Source: an uncultured Candidatus Saccharibacteria bacterium (GTDB lineage: Bacteria; Patescibacteriota; Minisyncoccia; UBA6257; HR35). From it: a DNA stretch of 64,000 nt. The notes under the pieces were generated by a model, which ran no database searches, was not told where the DNA came from, and worked only from the letters and a program-made list of their open reading frames with translations. Shown here piece after piece: positions 10,134 to 20,068 of this stretch. Each line of letters begins with the position of its first letter. Position 1 is the first letter of the stretch. The stretch lies in assembly GCA_964655375.1 (NCBI GenBank), contig CAZZNB010000045.1, positions 2,015 through 66,014 of the forward strand, given 5' to 3'. A program made the position numbers and the translations under genes.

Positions 10134-11162
10134 AACAGGATTTATAATATCAAAATCTCCATCTAAATCATAATAATCTAATTTTAATTTCTGAGGATCA
10201 AAAATAATTAGTTTATCTGAAAATGTTTTTTTGTAATAATACCATTCATCTATTTTAGAAAAATCTTGGTCTTTTGGTACTCCGCAAATTAAAAGTTCTT
10301 TAAATGTGCATTTTTCTTTTAAAGTACCGAAATTAAATTCAATAATTTTATTACCATTTTTATCGATAATAAAACTTTTCCAGCTATTTTCTACATAACT
10401 AACAAAAATTAAATTATTTTTATTAGTTAAAGCACTTAATAACATTTTGGGTTCTAAAATTTGGATTTTTTCTTTCATATTTTTTATTAAATACAAAGGT
10501 GAAGCTTGAGTTGTTTTAAGATTTTCATAAAAAATAAAATCATTAGACAAATAATCAAAATCAGGGTTGAAAATATAAATATCTACAATTTTTTTAGGTT
10601 TTTCAGAGTATTTAGCTAAATAATTACCATCTACTGAAGTTATAAATAAATAAAGTTCATCATTAACCCAAAATCCACTTTTTACATTTATCGGTAGTTT
10701 TATCAACTTATCTCTAATTGTATCAAGTAACCAAAAATTATCATCTTTAAATAAAACTAACAAATTACTTTTAGAAAAACTTAAATTCTTAATATTATCT
10801 CTTTTAAATATTTCTTTATAGGTTTTATCCTCTATATTATAAGTTTTTATAACTTTATTTTTTGGATCATAACCATAAATGTAAGGATAATCAATTTTAG
10901 GATAAAGAAGAATAGCGTCAATTAATAAAGATACTGATTTTAGATTAGCTTTTGAGGTAGTAGAAGTTTCCGGCATTTCATTTGTGTCCTTTGGTGGAAT
11001 TTCTTCAGCAAGAAATTCAATTGGTGAAGTAACCCTTTCTTCTCTTTTTAGTTCTTCTATTTTAGGTTTTTTGGGAAATAATTCTTTATATAATAAAATT
11101 CCAAACCCTACAAGAATAATTAAGCCTATAACCAAAAATAAAATTTTAAAAACCCTACTCAT
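10065..11162 (-). CDS. Membrane-anchored beta-rich hypothetical protein (T4SS-like operon)
   Basis: N-terminal TM; EKC..LICGVP..DEWY..FSD pattern; last gene of a tightly packed operon. Confidence 0.7.
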   Translation of the reverse strand: MSRVFKILFLVIGLIILVGFGILLYKELFPKKPKIEELKREERVTSPIEFLAEEIPPKDTNEMPETSTTSKANLKSVSLLIDAILLYPKIDYPYIYGYDPKNKVIKTYNIEDKTYKEIFKRDNIKNLSFSKSNLLVLFKDDNFWLLDTIRDKLIKLPINVKSGFWVNDELYLFITSVDGNYLAKYSEKPKKIVDIYIFNPDFDYLSNDFIFYENLKTTQASPLYLIKNMKEKIQILEPKMLLSALTNKNNLIFVSYVENSWKSFIIDKNGNKIIEFNFGTLKEKCTFKELLICGVPKDQDFSKIDEWYYYKKTFSDKLIIFDPQKLKLDYYDLDGDFDIINPVLTSIGVIFFNRNDARLYVIPIK

Positions 11163-11833
11163 TTTTTAAATCTCAAATAAATAATTATTCCAAAAATTAA
11201 TAAAATTACAAAAATTACTGCAGTGATTAATAAAATATGATAAAAAGTTTTTTCTGGAGCCATAGTAGTTGGTGTTATTGTCTCTAGTTCTTTAATTTCT
11301 TTTTGTGGTATTATTTTTTCTTCAAATTTTTTATAAGGAATAGAAATTTCTTTTTCAAAAACAGTTAAAGGATAATTGGGATTATTTGCTGAAGGGCAAT
11401 CAAATGGGCATAAAATTTCCTCTCCAGGATCACATATGTTATTTTCATTACACATATTAAACTCAGAAATATCTATTTCCCCTAAAACATTGTCATTTCT
11501 ATCTTTAAATATTAAATACTCGCTGTTAACTAAATATGGAATGTAAAGTTCATTTACTCCTATTTTCAAATCTATAGGAGAACTCCAGATATAGCCATTT
11601 CGATTAAAATACTCTATTTTAAAATTCCCTCCTATAGTCAAAACAGGAGAAACATCTATTAAATCTAAATTTAAGCTTTCTTTGTCATTTAATTTAACTG
11701 TTTTCCCATCAAAAATAACATTTAAATACAATACATCATAATATTCTTTACCTTCGGCATTTAAATAGCCACTTATCACTAAGATAAAAAGAAATATTAA
11801 AATTTTGAATTTTTTAACTGACCCCGCTTTCAT
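11159..11833 (-). CDS. Exported protein with Cys-rich motif and C-terminal TM anchor
   Basis: Signal peptide, CNENNICDPGEEILCPFDC, C-terminal hydrophobic helix followed by RFKK. Confidence 0.7.
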   Translation of the reverse strand: MKAGSVKKFKILIFLFILVISGYLNAEGKEYYDVLYLNVIFDGKTVKLNDKESLNLDLIDVSPVLTIGGNFKIEYFNRNGYIWSSPIDLKIGVNELYIPYLVNSEYLIFKDRNDNVLGEIDISEFNMCNENNICDPGEEILCPFDCPSANNPNYPLTVFEKEISIPYKKFEEKIIPQKEIKELETITPTTMAPEKTFYHILLITAVIFVILLIFGIIIYLRFKK

Positions 11834-12836
11834 CCTTAATTGTTTTAATAATATTTGCTACAGCCGAATGTTGTCCTACTGGTACACCTGTTTTATAATA
11901 TAATAAAACAGAAATTAAATTATCCGAATACTGATAAAAGCCTGCTTTGTCTAATCTACGTTTATAGTTATGAAGTCTTTTAATTACTATTGCAGTAATT
12001 AAATATGGATTATCTAATTTACCTCCTACACCAATTTGTTTTGTATTAAAATCGTTAGGCGATAAGTTTATTTTGTTTTTAATTGAGTTAGGTAATTGAT
12101 TATAAACATTTTTAGCCTCTTTTACTAATTCTTGGTATGCAGCATATCTAGTAGTTGTATTAGGAGATCTTGTTCCAGTACCTGCTCTTCCCCATTCTAT
12201 CCCAAAAGCAGCAAATGAATATTCACCCCTCCCCCAATTTATAGGATTACACCTATGACCACCAGATTCGGTTATTAATAATGATTTAAGTAATATTTTT
12301 ATCTCTTTCTGGGATAAGCTAACCTCTGATTCAACAGCAGGAGGCTTAATTTTATACTGCGTTAAAGGAAATATAGAAACCCCAACTCCTGCATTTACTA
12401 GTTCATCAATTGCATCAAAAAACTCTTTACAACGAGCATAATTTGTAAAAGAATTTAAATTTAAATTCCTAGCCTGTCCTGTTTTTAATAAATTATTCAC
12501 AGCTTGAGTGCCTTCAATTATTATTTGTTGTACCTCTAATTCTATTATTTTATACATGATTAATCTTGCAGAAAAAATATAAGGATTGATCCAATAAAGA
12601 ATAACTCCAACAATAAAAATAATTGCAAGACCTATCATGGCATTTTTCATTCTATTTTTGCCTTGCATTTTTACATCAGGTATTGTAGATAAAAGATTTT
12701 CAAAAGCACCAAATAAAAATACAAAAAATGCAACTACTACGGCTAAAGCAACTAGCAGATTATAAATTCCTTGTAAACATGCTTGAATAGTAGAATCTGG
12801 ACCACAATATTGTATTATAAATTCAGTAATGTTCAT
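11814..12836 (-). CDS. VirB2/TrbC-like (CPR pilin) N-terminal domain fused to a possible lysozyme-like domain
   Basis: Two TMs joined by GAF...QGKNRMKNAMIGL..ILYWINP (CPR pilin pattern); LLITESGG resembles an SLT catalytic motif. Confidence 0.65.
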   Translation of the reverse strand: MNITEFIIQYCGPDSTIQACLQGIYNLLVALAVVVAFFVFLFGAFENLLSTIPDVKMQGKNRMKNAMIGLAIIFIVGVILYWINPYIFSARLIMYKIIELEVQQIIIEGTQAVNNLLKTGQARNLNLNSFTNYARCKEFFDAIDELVNAGVGVSIFPLTQYKIKPPAVESEVSLSQKEIKILLKSLLITESGGHRCNPINWGRGEYSFAAFGIEWGRAGTGTRSPNTTTRYAAYQELVKEAKNVYNQLPNSIKNKINLSPNDFNTKQIGVGGKLDNPYLITAIVIKRLHNYKRRLDKAGFYQYSDNLISVLLYYKTGVPVGQHSAVANIIKTIKDESGVS

Positions 12837-13441
12837 TGCCGTTTAAAAATAATTCTATCTATAGCAAATTCATTTGAATCTAAATTATTCACATATAATA
12901 TAATCTCTGTTTCTTCATAGATATCAGAAGGATCGATCATAACACTAGAATATACTTTTTCACCAACTTTCCAGTTATAAGATAAATTATTAGAAGAAAA
13001 ATTAAATGTTAAAGGAAAAAGCAACTCCCCAGAATTATACTCTTTAAATGGTAAAATAATATTTAAGTCTTTTATATATCTAACAATACTTACAATTGGT
13101 TTAGGTTTCAAATTAAAACTAAAAGAATATTCTTTAAAGAAACTGTTATCATTTGGATAAACTTTGACTTTTCCTGAAAAATTTGGATTTTTAGGTGTAA
13201 AATATAATGTAGGTTTATAAGTTTTGAATTCCTCAAATGTATCTAAATAATTTATAGTCCATTCATAAATTAAATCTTCTAAATCATATTTTTTATTATT
13301 TGCATAGATATACCCCTCAATTCCAATGAAACAAATATCATTTCTTTTTTCAAAAGAAAAATAAGTATAATCTTTTTCTGCAATAACAAAATTAGAAAAT
13401 AAAATTAATGCCAAAATTATAATAAAAATTACCCTGCGCAT
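12833..13441 (-). CDS. Exported beta-rich hypothetical protein
   Basis: Signal peptide; repeated LxYxW motifs (LIYEW, LSYNW) as in Ig/PKD-like domains. Confidence 0.65.
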   Translation of the reverse strand: MRRVIFIIILALILFSNFVIAEKDYTYFSFEKRNDICFIGIEGYIYANNKKYDLEDLIYEWTINYLDTFEEFKTYKPTLYFTPKNPNFSGKVKVYPNDNSFFKEYSFSFNLKPKPIVSIVRYIKDLNIILPFKEYNSGELLFPLTFNFSSNNLSYNWKVGEKVYSSVMIDPSDIYEETEIILYVNNLDSNEFAIDRIIFKRQ

Positions 13442-13458
13442 ATTAAAATTATAAAATA

Positions 13459-13965
13459 TTATTCTTCTTCTTTTTCTTCTTTCTCTCCTTTAATTCTTTT
13501 TTTAACTTGCATCAATCTTTTTATCCTCCATCTCGAAATTACCCTCCCTAAGGTTTTTGAAGGGAAAATGTCTGTTAATTGAGCTAATGGTACAAAAGTT
13601 ATTATTAATTCATAAAATACTATAATAATATATATTAAACCTTCTACCCTTCCTATAACATTATTTCTGATATAATGCCATATTAAATAGGTAAATATAA
13701 AGGCTCCAGGGATTTCGAAAATTAAAGAAATATAAGGAAGAATAAATAAAATTCCCGCTGTTCCAGTTGCAATTAAATCAAAAACTATCTCTAAAATATC
13801 CGCAATAATTAAAAAAAAGCCTGCGATCAACCACAAAAAATTTATACCTAAACTATCTTCTGCTTCCTCAAATTCTCCCCTTTCTCTTTTTTCTATCTCT
13901 TTTTTATATTCCTCCTCAATCCTTTTTTTAGTATATTCTAGTAGTTTTTCTGTTTTTATTTTCAT
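13459..13965 (-). CDS. Membrane hypothetical protein
   Basis: About 3 TM segments; coupled to the VirB4-like gene. Confidence 0.7.
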   Translation of the reverse strand: MKIKTEKLLEYTKKRIEEEYKKEIEKRERGEFEEAEDSLGINFLWLIAGFFLIIADILEIVFDLIATGTAGILFILPYISLIFEIPGAFIFTYLIWHYIRNNVIGRVEGLIYIIIVFYELIITFVPLAQLTDIFPSKTLGRVISRWRIKRLMQVKKRIKGEKEEKEEE

Positions 13966-15761
13966 TCTCTAATTTTAGATGCCTCTTTTATAGCAGATAA
14001 TTGTTCTAAGCTTGCCTTTATTATTTGGTCTTCAGCATAAGAAGCTAACACATATAATGGAATTCTTTTTAAACCTGCAATTAAAATTCCTCTTCCTCTT
14101 TCTGCTTGAACTAAAAACCTTTTTTCTCCTTCAGATAATGCAAAAACTTGTCCAACTAAATCTATTGTAGCAGGTGATTGTTTCATTAAAAATACTAATG
14201 CAGAGTTTGTAATAATAGGTTTTCCATAAGGTGAGTTCAAAAAATCTTCAGCATCTTGTGTAATTGTTGTAATACCTAAAAGATATTTTCTTCCTCTTTT
14301 AATTGCATTAAGCAAAAAATTAGCTCCAGACTCATTTTTCATTATCCACCAGGCTTCATCAATTATTACAATTCTCCTTTTTCTTATTCTCCTTACTTTA
14401 TTCATTAAATCATTTAAAACCATATACATTCCAATAGGTCTTAATTCCTCAACTAAATCTCTAAATCCAAAAACAACAATTCTTTTATTAACATCTACAT
14501 TTGTTGGTTGATTAATAAAGCCACTAAAATTACCTTGAGTGAATGGATATAATTTTTCAGCAATCTCTTTCCCTCCCTCAATACTTAACAATACTTTTTC
14601 AAAATCATTTAAAGTAGGGAAAATTTCTATTTTAGAAAAATCAGAACTTGGCAAAATATTAAAAGAAGCATAGGTTTGATGAATAGCTCTATCCACAATA
14701 GTAAGTTCTTCTGCATTAAATTTTTCTCCTATTATAACTTCTAATAACCCTATAATATCACTAACTTTTTCTTTATAAACGTCTTCAGGACTTTCTCCTT
14801 CTAAAACAGGCGGTAAATCAAAAGGATTTATGTGATATTCTGATCTTAAAGAAATAGGAATAAAAGAACCTCCATAAATTTCAGCTATAGATTGATATTC
14901 ATTTTCTGGGTCAAGAATAATAACATCTTGCCCTAACATTAAATTTCTCATAACTTCTATTTTTGTAGTATAGCTCTTCCCTGCTCCTGATCTTGCAATT
15001 ATAACCATATGAGCATTTTCAAAAGCAAATCTATCTAAAAGCACCAAGGAATTGTCTTGTAAATTAATTCCTATTAACACACCTTTATCCATAGAAAGCT
15101 CTGAAGAAATAAAAGGGAAAAAAGAACTTGCTGCAGAAGAATTCATAGAGTAATTTACGTTTAAATAATCTTTACAAAGAGGTAAATTAGATAAAAAAGC
15201 ATTTTCTTGCTCTAAAATTACTGGCTTAGCAATTATCAGGCTGCTTTCTAAAAGTTTTATAATCTTATGCTCTCTTACTAATAAATCATCTTTATTTTCT
15301 CCAAAAATGGTTAAATATAAACCGATATTTAAAATTTTTTCTGTTCCTTGAATAATTGCATTCTTCAATTCTTCTATATCTTTGTAAGCAGTTTCTAATC
15401 TTGGATCTCTTGGGAGGCCTTTTTCTTCAATCTCTCTTAACTGGCTTTCTATTCTTAAAGATTGTTTATTTAATTGTTTTAAAAACACTCCAGGATCTCT
15501 TGGTATAAAAAATATTGAAAGATTGAAAGGTTCAGGTAAAGATAAAATATTTTCTAACCAACCAGCAAATAAAAACCTTGGGTAAGTGATAACTATTATA
15601 TTTTTTCCATATATTTCTCCTATTTGAAAATCAGAAATATTAAAAATAGCAGCAGGAGGAGCAATGATGTTTTTTATTTGTTCAAATCCCTTCTTCTCCT
15701 CAATTACTGGTATTCCTATTTTACTGTTTTGTTTTTTTAAAAAAGGAAATTTTATTTTCAT
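13962..15761 (-). CDS. VirB4/TraC-like ATPase
   Basis: ARSGAGKS Walker A, ILDPENEY, INPFD, IIDEAW, RGRKY, ITQD. Confidence 0.9.
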   Translation of the reverse strand: MKIKFPFLKKQNSKIGIPVIEEKKGFEQIKNIIAPPAAIFNISDFQIGEIYGKNIIVITYPRFLFAGWLENILSLPEPFNLSIFFIPRDPGVFLKQLNKQSLRIESQLREIEEKGLPRDPRLETAYKDIEELKNAIIQGTEKILNIGLYLTIFGENKDDLLVREHKIIKLLESSLIIAKPVILEQENAFLSNLPLCKDYLNVNYSMNSSAASSFFPFISSELSMDKGVLIGINLQDNSLVLLDRFAFENAHMVIIARSGAGKSYTTKIEVMRNLMLGQDVIILDPENEYQSIAEIYGGSFIPISLRSEYHINPFDLPPVLEGESPEDVYKEKVSDIIGLLEVIIGEKFNAEELTIVDRAIHQTYASFNILPSSDFSKIEIFPTLNDFEKVLLSIEGGKEIAEKLYPFTQGNFSGFINQPTNVDVNKRIVVFGFRDLVEELRPIGMYMVLNDLMNKVRRIRKRRIVIIDEAWWIMKNESGANFLLNAIKRGRKYLLGITTITQDAEDFLNSPYGKPIITNSALVFLMKQSPATIDLVGQVFALSEGEKRFLVQAERGRGILIAGLKRIPLYVLASYAEDQIIKASLEQLSAIKEASKIRE

Positions 15762-16387
15762 TCTTCAATTGCTTGCATTAATTCTTCAAATAATTTTATT
15801 GGTGCCATACCCCATCTAGGATTAGGATTATAAAGCTCATAAAAAAGCTGTATTAATTCTGGTGTTTTCAATCTTATTGGTTGCAGGCCTATAGCAGATA
15901 ATTTTTCTGTTATGTATATTACTCTTGTTTCTAATTGTTCTAATTGTTGATAAAATTCCTCCTCCTTTTTATATTCTTTTTTAAAAACCCCACCAACTTT
16001 AATTACCTCTGTTTCATAAGGAACAACAAAATAAAATAATTTTTTCATGATTCTATGGGTTTCTATATAATCTTGAATAAATTTTATATATTCTTCTAAC
16101 TGAATTTTAATTAATGGTTCTGTTTCTTGTTCTAATCTTTCTTTTAAATAATTTACATATCCTTCAATATAAGCTAATCTAGAGACTACAAAAATTTGAA
16201 CATTAAAATCTAATCCATCTAATAATTCTTTAAATAATCCTACAACAGCTTCTTTTTCTTGCTCAGAAAGCAAAGAAAAGTTAATTCCAGGAACAGCCAA
16301 AATTGCTCTTAATTCTCCATCTTCTGTTATAACCACATCATCTCTAATGTCTTTTATTTTTATTAAATGAGATGTACTTTTTACCAT
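15758..16387 (-). CDS. T4SS-associated protein resembling the VirB4 N-terminal region
   Basis: IKDIRDDVVI, GINFSLLSEQEKE, LDFNVQI, KLFYFVVPY; lies between PrgI and VirB4. Confidence 0.7.
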   Translation of the reverse strand: MVKSTSHLIKIKDIRDDVVITEDGELRAILAVPGINFSLLSEQEKEAVVGLFKELLDGLDFNVQIFVVSRLAYIEGYVNYLKERLEQETEPLIKIQLEEYIKFIQDYIETHRIMKKLFYFVVPYETEVIKVGGVFKKEYKKEEEFYQQLEQLETRVIYITEKLSAIGLQPIRLKTPELIQLFYELYNPNPRWGMAPIKLFEELMQAIEE

Positions 16388-16905
16388 CTTCTTTTAGGGA
16401 ATTTTGGTATCGGGAAATTAATATAAGGATCATATGGGTTATAACCATGTTTATGTGCAGAATTTATGTATTCAGAAAGAGGATTTTCAATGACTACTTC
16501 TTTTTCAGGTTTTTTGAGTTCTTCAATTCTTTCAATTTTCTTTTCAGGAATTTCTTCTTCTAATAATTCTACATATTTTTCAATTGTTGGCACATTTACA
16601 TACTTAGTTACAATTTTAACCTCTTCTCTCCAAATATACTTTTTTGAAGAAAACAATACTTTAACCAATTCTGGTAAATATAAGATTACTGATTTATTAT
16701 TAATTTTCCCCCAACCTATTAAAACTGCTAAGAGGAATGCTAAGATAGTTACTATTAAAGCGAATAAAGTAGGTAACAATTTAAAAGATCCATATGAAAT
16801 TAAAAAAGCAAAGAAAACTAAGAACAATTGAGCATAAGTGAAAGAAATAGTCCCAAGATATATTTTATCTTCTATGTTTATATACTGTGGTACGCTAAAT
16901 CTCAT
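16381..16905 (-). CDS. PrgI-family protein
   Basis: FSVPQYINIEDKI, two TMs, KYIWR. Confidence 0.85.
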   Translation of the reverse strand: MRFSVPQYINIEDKIYLGTISFTYAQLFLVFFAFLISYGSFKLLPTLFALIVTILAFLLAVLIGWGKINNKSVILYLPELVKVLFSSKKYIWREEVKIVTKYVNVPTIEKYVELLEEEIPEKKIERIEELKKPEKEVVIENPLSEYINSAHKHGYNPYDPYINFPIPKFPKRRW

Positions 16906-16913
16906 TAAAATAA

Positions 16914-17573
16914 TTATAAATCAGAAAGGTCTATAACTCCTTCTTCTTTTTGTTTTTTCTCCTCCTGCTTTTTTATAATAACAATCCCAGGTTGTTTTTC
17001 TTCTTTAGGTTTCGGTGGTTGCCATGAAATAGTCTGATTTATATCTACTACTTTTTTAGGTATTTCCGTTTTAATAGGTTGAATGTCAGAAAGGTCTATT
17101 GCTGACTCCTTTTTTTCTTCTATTTTTCTAATCTCTTCTGATTTTGGAGGAATAACTTTTTGCAAATTCAATAATTTTGTAGGACTTGGTTTTTCTTTTA
17201 TTTTTTGTATTATATCAACTAATTCACTTGGTACTGATTTTATAACCTTTTCCTCTTTTTCTTCTCTTTTTTGAACTGTTTGCCAGACAGAATTAACTAA
17301 AGGGAAAAATTTATTTTTAATATGAAAAGCTAAACTACCTGCATCTTCATCATTTAATCCTAATCTTTGTTTTATTATTTCTTTTAAATCCATATTTTCA
17401 TCAATTAACTTAACTACTATATCTTGTAAAAGATATATAAATTCTATTTCTTTTTCCCCTTTCAGCTCAAATTTTTTTATGTACTCATCTAAAAATGAAT
17501 AAAAATCATCAGAATACAAAAATGATTGTACTTCTAATGGAGCAGAAGAATATGCGTCTAAAAAAGAAGCCAT
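16914..17573 (-). CDS. Hypothetical protein with low-complexity C-terminal half
   Basis: 219-aa ORF inside the operon; repeated IDLSD motif. Confidence 0.7.
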   Translation of the reverse strand: MASFLDAYSSAPLEVQSFLYSDDFYSFLDEYIKKFELKGEKEIEFIYLLQDIVVKLIDENMDLKEIIKQRLGLNDEDAGSLAFHIKNKFFPLVNSVWQTVQKREEKEEKVIKSVPSELVDIIQKIKEKPSPTKLLNLQKVIPPKSEEIRKIEEKKESAIDLSDIQPIKTEIPKKVVDINQTISWQPPKPKEEKQPGIVIIKKQEEKKQKEEGVIDLSDL

Positions 17574-17587
17574 TATTTAATTATAAA

Positions 17588-20068
17588 CTAAGAAGAGGGA
17601 GGAGTGCCAGATTGAGGAGTTTGGGGTGGAGAAGTAGCCAATAAGTCTATCAATCTTCTTCCCCATTCCGCTTCTCTTCCTACAGGAGGTGGAGTCTTTA
17701 ATGCTCCACGGAGCTTAGTAAGAAGAATAATAATATTTGATTTTTGATCTTCATCGAGTGAAATTTGAGAAGGCGGTGTGATATGAGTAGGTATTCCTAA
17801 GTATTGCAAAAAATTATCAGGATCTTGTGCCCATTCTTGTAGCCTTCCTATATTATCTTTAATCGATTTTTTAATCTCATCTGGAGTTTTGCTCAAGATT
17901 CTAGCAATTTCTTGAATATTGTCTTGTATTGGATCTTGTGGATCTTCTAATACATAATCTCCGTAAGTGCCTATATATCCTTGAATATATACTAAATTTT
18001 CTTGAAGTATTTTTCGATTTTCTTCGCTAAGAGTAGGCTGTAATTGTTGGCCAATTCTTTGGTTTATAGCATTTATTAATTGGTCTGGGTTTTGTAATAA
18101 CTCTTCTTCTAATTTACCTTCTAAAAATTTTTCATGTAGAACCCCCTCGATAGTTTTTTCAAGATCGGGTCTATTTAATACCTGAGCTATATCTTTTGCT
18201 CCATCTTTTACTACTGCTCTATAAGCAAGTGTCCCTTGTATTGAGCCGAGATTAGCATTTATAAAATCTTGTTCGTCGTGATCACGTAACCATCTTATGT
18301 TTTCTGGAGTCCAGAAATTTCTTTTATTTGGTATATATGTATACATATTTCTAATTAAGAGGGGATGTTGTTCTTCATCAATACCAGCCCTACTTAATAC
18401 TCTGCTTAAATGAGATAAATTTGCTGATCGCCAATCCATCCTACTTGCTATTTGATTTAAAGCCCTTATCTTTTCTTCTTGATCTCCTGTTACTAATCTA
18501 GTTAAATTACAATCAAATGTTCTTCCACAAAGATTTTTTAATACACCTGTTTTAGCAGCTTTTTGTAAATCTAAATTACCAGCAATTTGAATAATTTCAT
18601 CTGCTCCTTTTTCTCTTTCAGCTAATTTAGCTAATTCTTTTTGTAATGGGGCTGGATATCTTTGAATTATTCTTGCAATTTCTTCAGGGCTTTTATCTTT
18701 AATCTGTTCCCAAATTGCTCTAGCTTGTTCTTCAGCTTCTTTTTTCTTTGGCTTTCTTAATTCTGATCCTAAACCCTGTACCTTTGTTCCTAAGTTTCTA
18801 ATTAAATTAAACCTAGACATAGCTAAATACCCCCCAAGTGTTTCTAGCCCTGCCCCCAATTTATCTAAAGCTGGTTTACCTGTAAATTCTTTTCCAGCCC
18901 ATAATAAAGCTCCACCTGCAAGTCCCCATAATCCTAAACCTAATCTATAAGAATATTCTGCTGCTCTACTACCTAATCTTAAAGCGGCAAATAAAACAAA
19001 TAAGAAATATATAGCTATAAAAGCAAATTTTATTATTACACCTAATAACATCGCTGTTTCTTGAGTTATATTTTGTAAAAGACCACTAGCCTTTTGTTGT
19101 TGTATAAATAAATTAGCTAAAGTCTGTTCATTAAACTTCTCCTGGTTTATAGCAATTAAAGAAACGCCTATAATTATTAATATAATCAAAATTAGAATAT
19201 TGAAATTCCAAGTAAGAAACATTTGCCACCATTGACCCCATCTATTTCTATACCAAGGGGTAGTATAAGCTACACAAGCTAACGGTAATATGCCTACTAA
19301 AAAAGAAATTATTAAAAATCTTCCTATAGATATTCCTGCAAATATCCACATGATTAAAGAATAGACAACATTTAATAAAATACCTAATAATTGTATTGCT
19401 ATAACTAAAGCCACCCGCATATTATGTATAGCTCCAGGGCTTGTTTCTCCGCTTGCTTCTGCTAATCCAGGTATTAAAGCTTCAAAATTAGTTACCATTG
19501 CTTTTGGTGGTACAAGAGATAAAGAGGCATAAATTAAATCTCCCAATCTACTTATATCTTTATTTTCAGGATCATATAAACCCGCTGATTGTAATATACC
19601 CCTTTGCAGATACCAAACTGCCATAAAAAGTTCTTTGGCCAATATAAATGTGAAATTAATTAAAAATGCTATAATTAAAATTCCAAAAAGCATTCTTTTA
19701 GCTTCATCTTCTCTATTTAATATCCACTCAAAACCAGCTATTAAAGCTAAAAATACTATAACTACATAAGATATATTTTTGAAAAATTCCCATAAAATAG
19801 AAGCAGCTCCGAATTGACCAAATGGATCTAATATTATGAAGAAGTTAATAATAATAGCAGCAAATTGAGATAATAGATTAAAAAGTAATGAAGTTGCAGA
19901 AAGAGCAACTCCTGCTAGAAACTTAACTAGTTCTAAAATCCAACCTACTAATCCTCCTGTTCTTCTCCATAATTCAACAACTCCTATCCCAAGAAGCCCT
20001 AAAACTCCGCCAATAGCTATAGCAGCTAATAAGGTTATGCCTCTATTTTTGAAATATCCTTTTCTCAT
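17588..20068 (-). CDS. VirB6/TrbL-like polytopic membrane protein with long helical tail
   Basis: Many TMs; LWEFFKNI, IIAFLINFT, GR..I..L...PLA, WGQWW patterns; T4SS context. Confidence 0.7.
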   Translation of the reverse strand: MRKGYFKNRGITLLAAIAIGGVLGLLGIGVVELWRRTGGLVGWILELVKFLAGVALSATSLLFNLLSQFAAIIINFFIILDPFGQFGAASILWEFFKNISYVVIVFLALIAGFEWILNREDEAKRMLFGILIIAFLINFTFILAKELFMAVWYLQRGILQSAGLYDPENKDISRLGDLIYASLSLVPPKAMVTNFEALIPGLAEASGETSPGAIHNMRVALVIAIQLLGILLNVVYSLIMWIFAGISIGRFLIISFLVGILPLACVAYTTPWYRNRWGQWWQMFLTWNFNILILIILIIIGVSLIAINQEKFNEQTLANLFIQQQKASGLLQNITQETAMLLGVIIKFAFIAIYFLFVLFAALRLGSRAAEYSYRLGLGLWGLAGGALLWAGKEFTGKPALDKLGAGLETLGGYLAMSRFNLIRNLGTKVQGLGSELRKPKKKEAEEQARAIWEQIKDKSPEEIARIIQRYPAPLQKELAKLAEREKGADEIIQIAGNLDLQKAAKTGVLKNLCGRTFDCNLTRLVTGDQEEKIRALNQIASRMDWRSANLSHLSRVLSRAGIDEEQHPLLIRNMYTYIPNKRNFWTPENIRWLRDHDEQDFINANLGSIQGTLAYRAVVKDGAKDIAQVLNRPDLEKTIEGVLHEKFLEGKLEEELLQNPDQLINAINQRIGQQLQPTLSEENRKILQENLVYIQGYIGTYGDYVLEDPQDPIQDNIQEIARILSKTPDEIKKSIKDNIGRLQEWAQDPDNFLQYLGIPTHITPPSQISLDEDQKSNIIILLTKLRGALKTPPPVGREAEWGRRLIDLLATSPPQTPQSGTPPSS

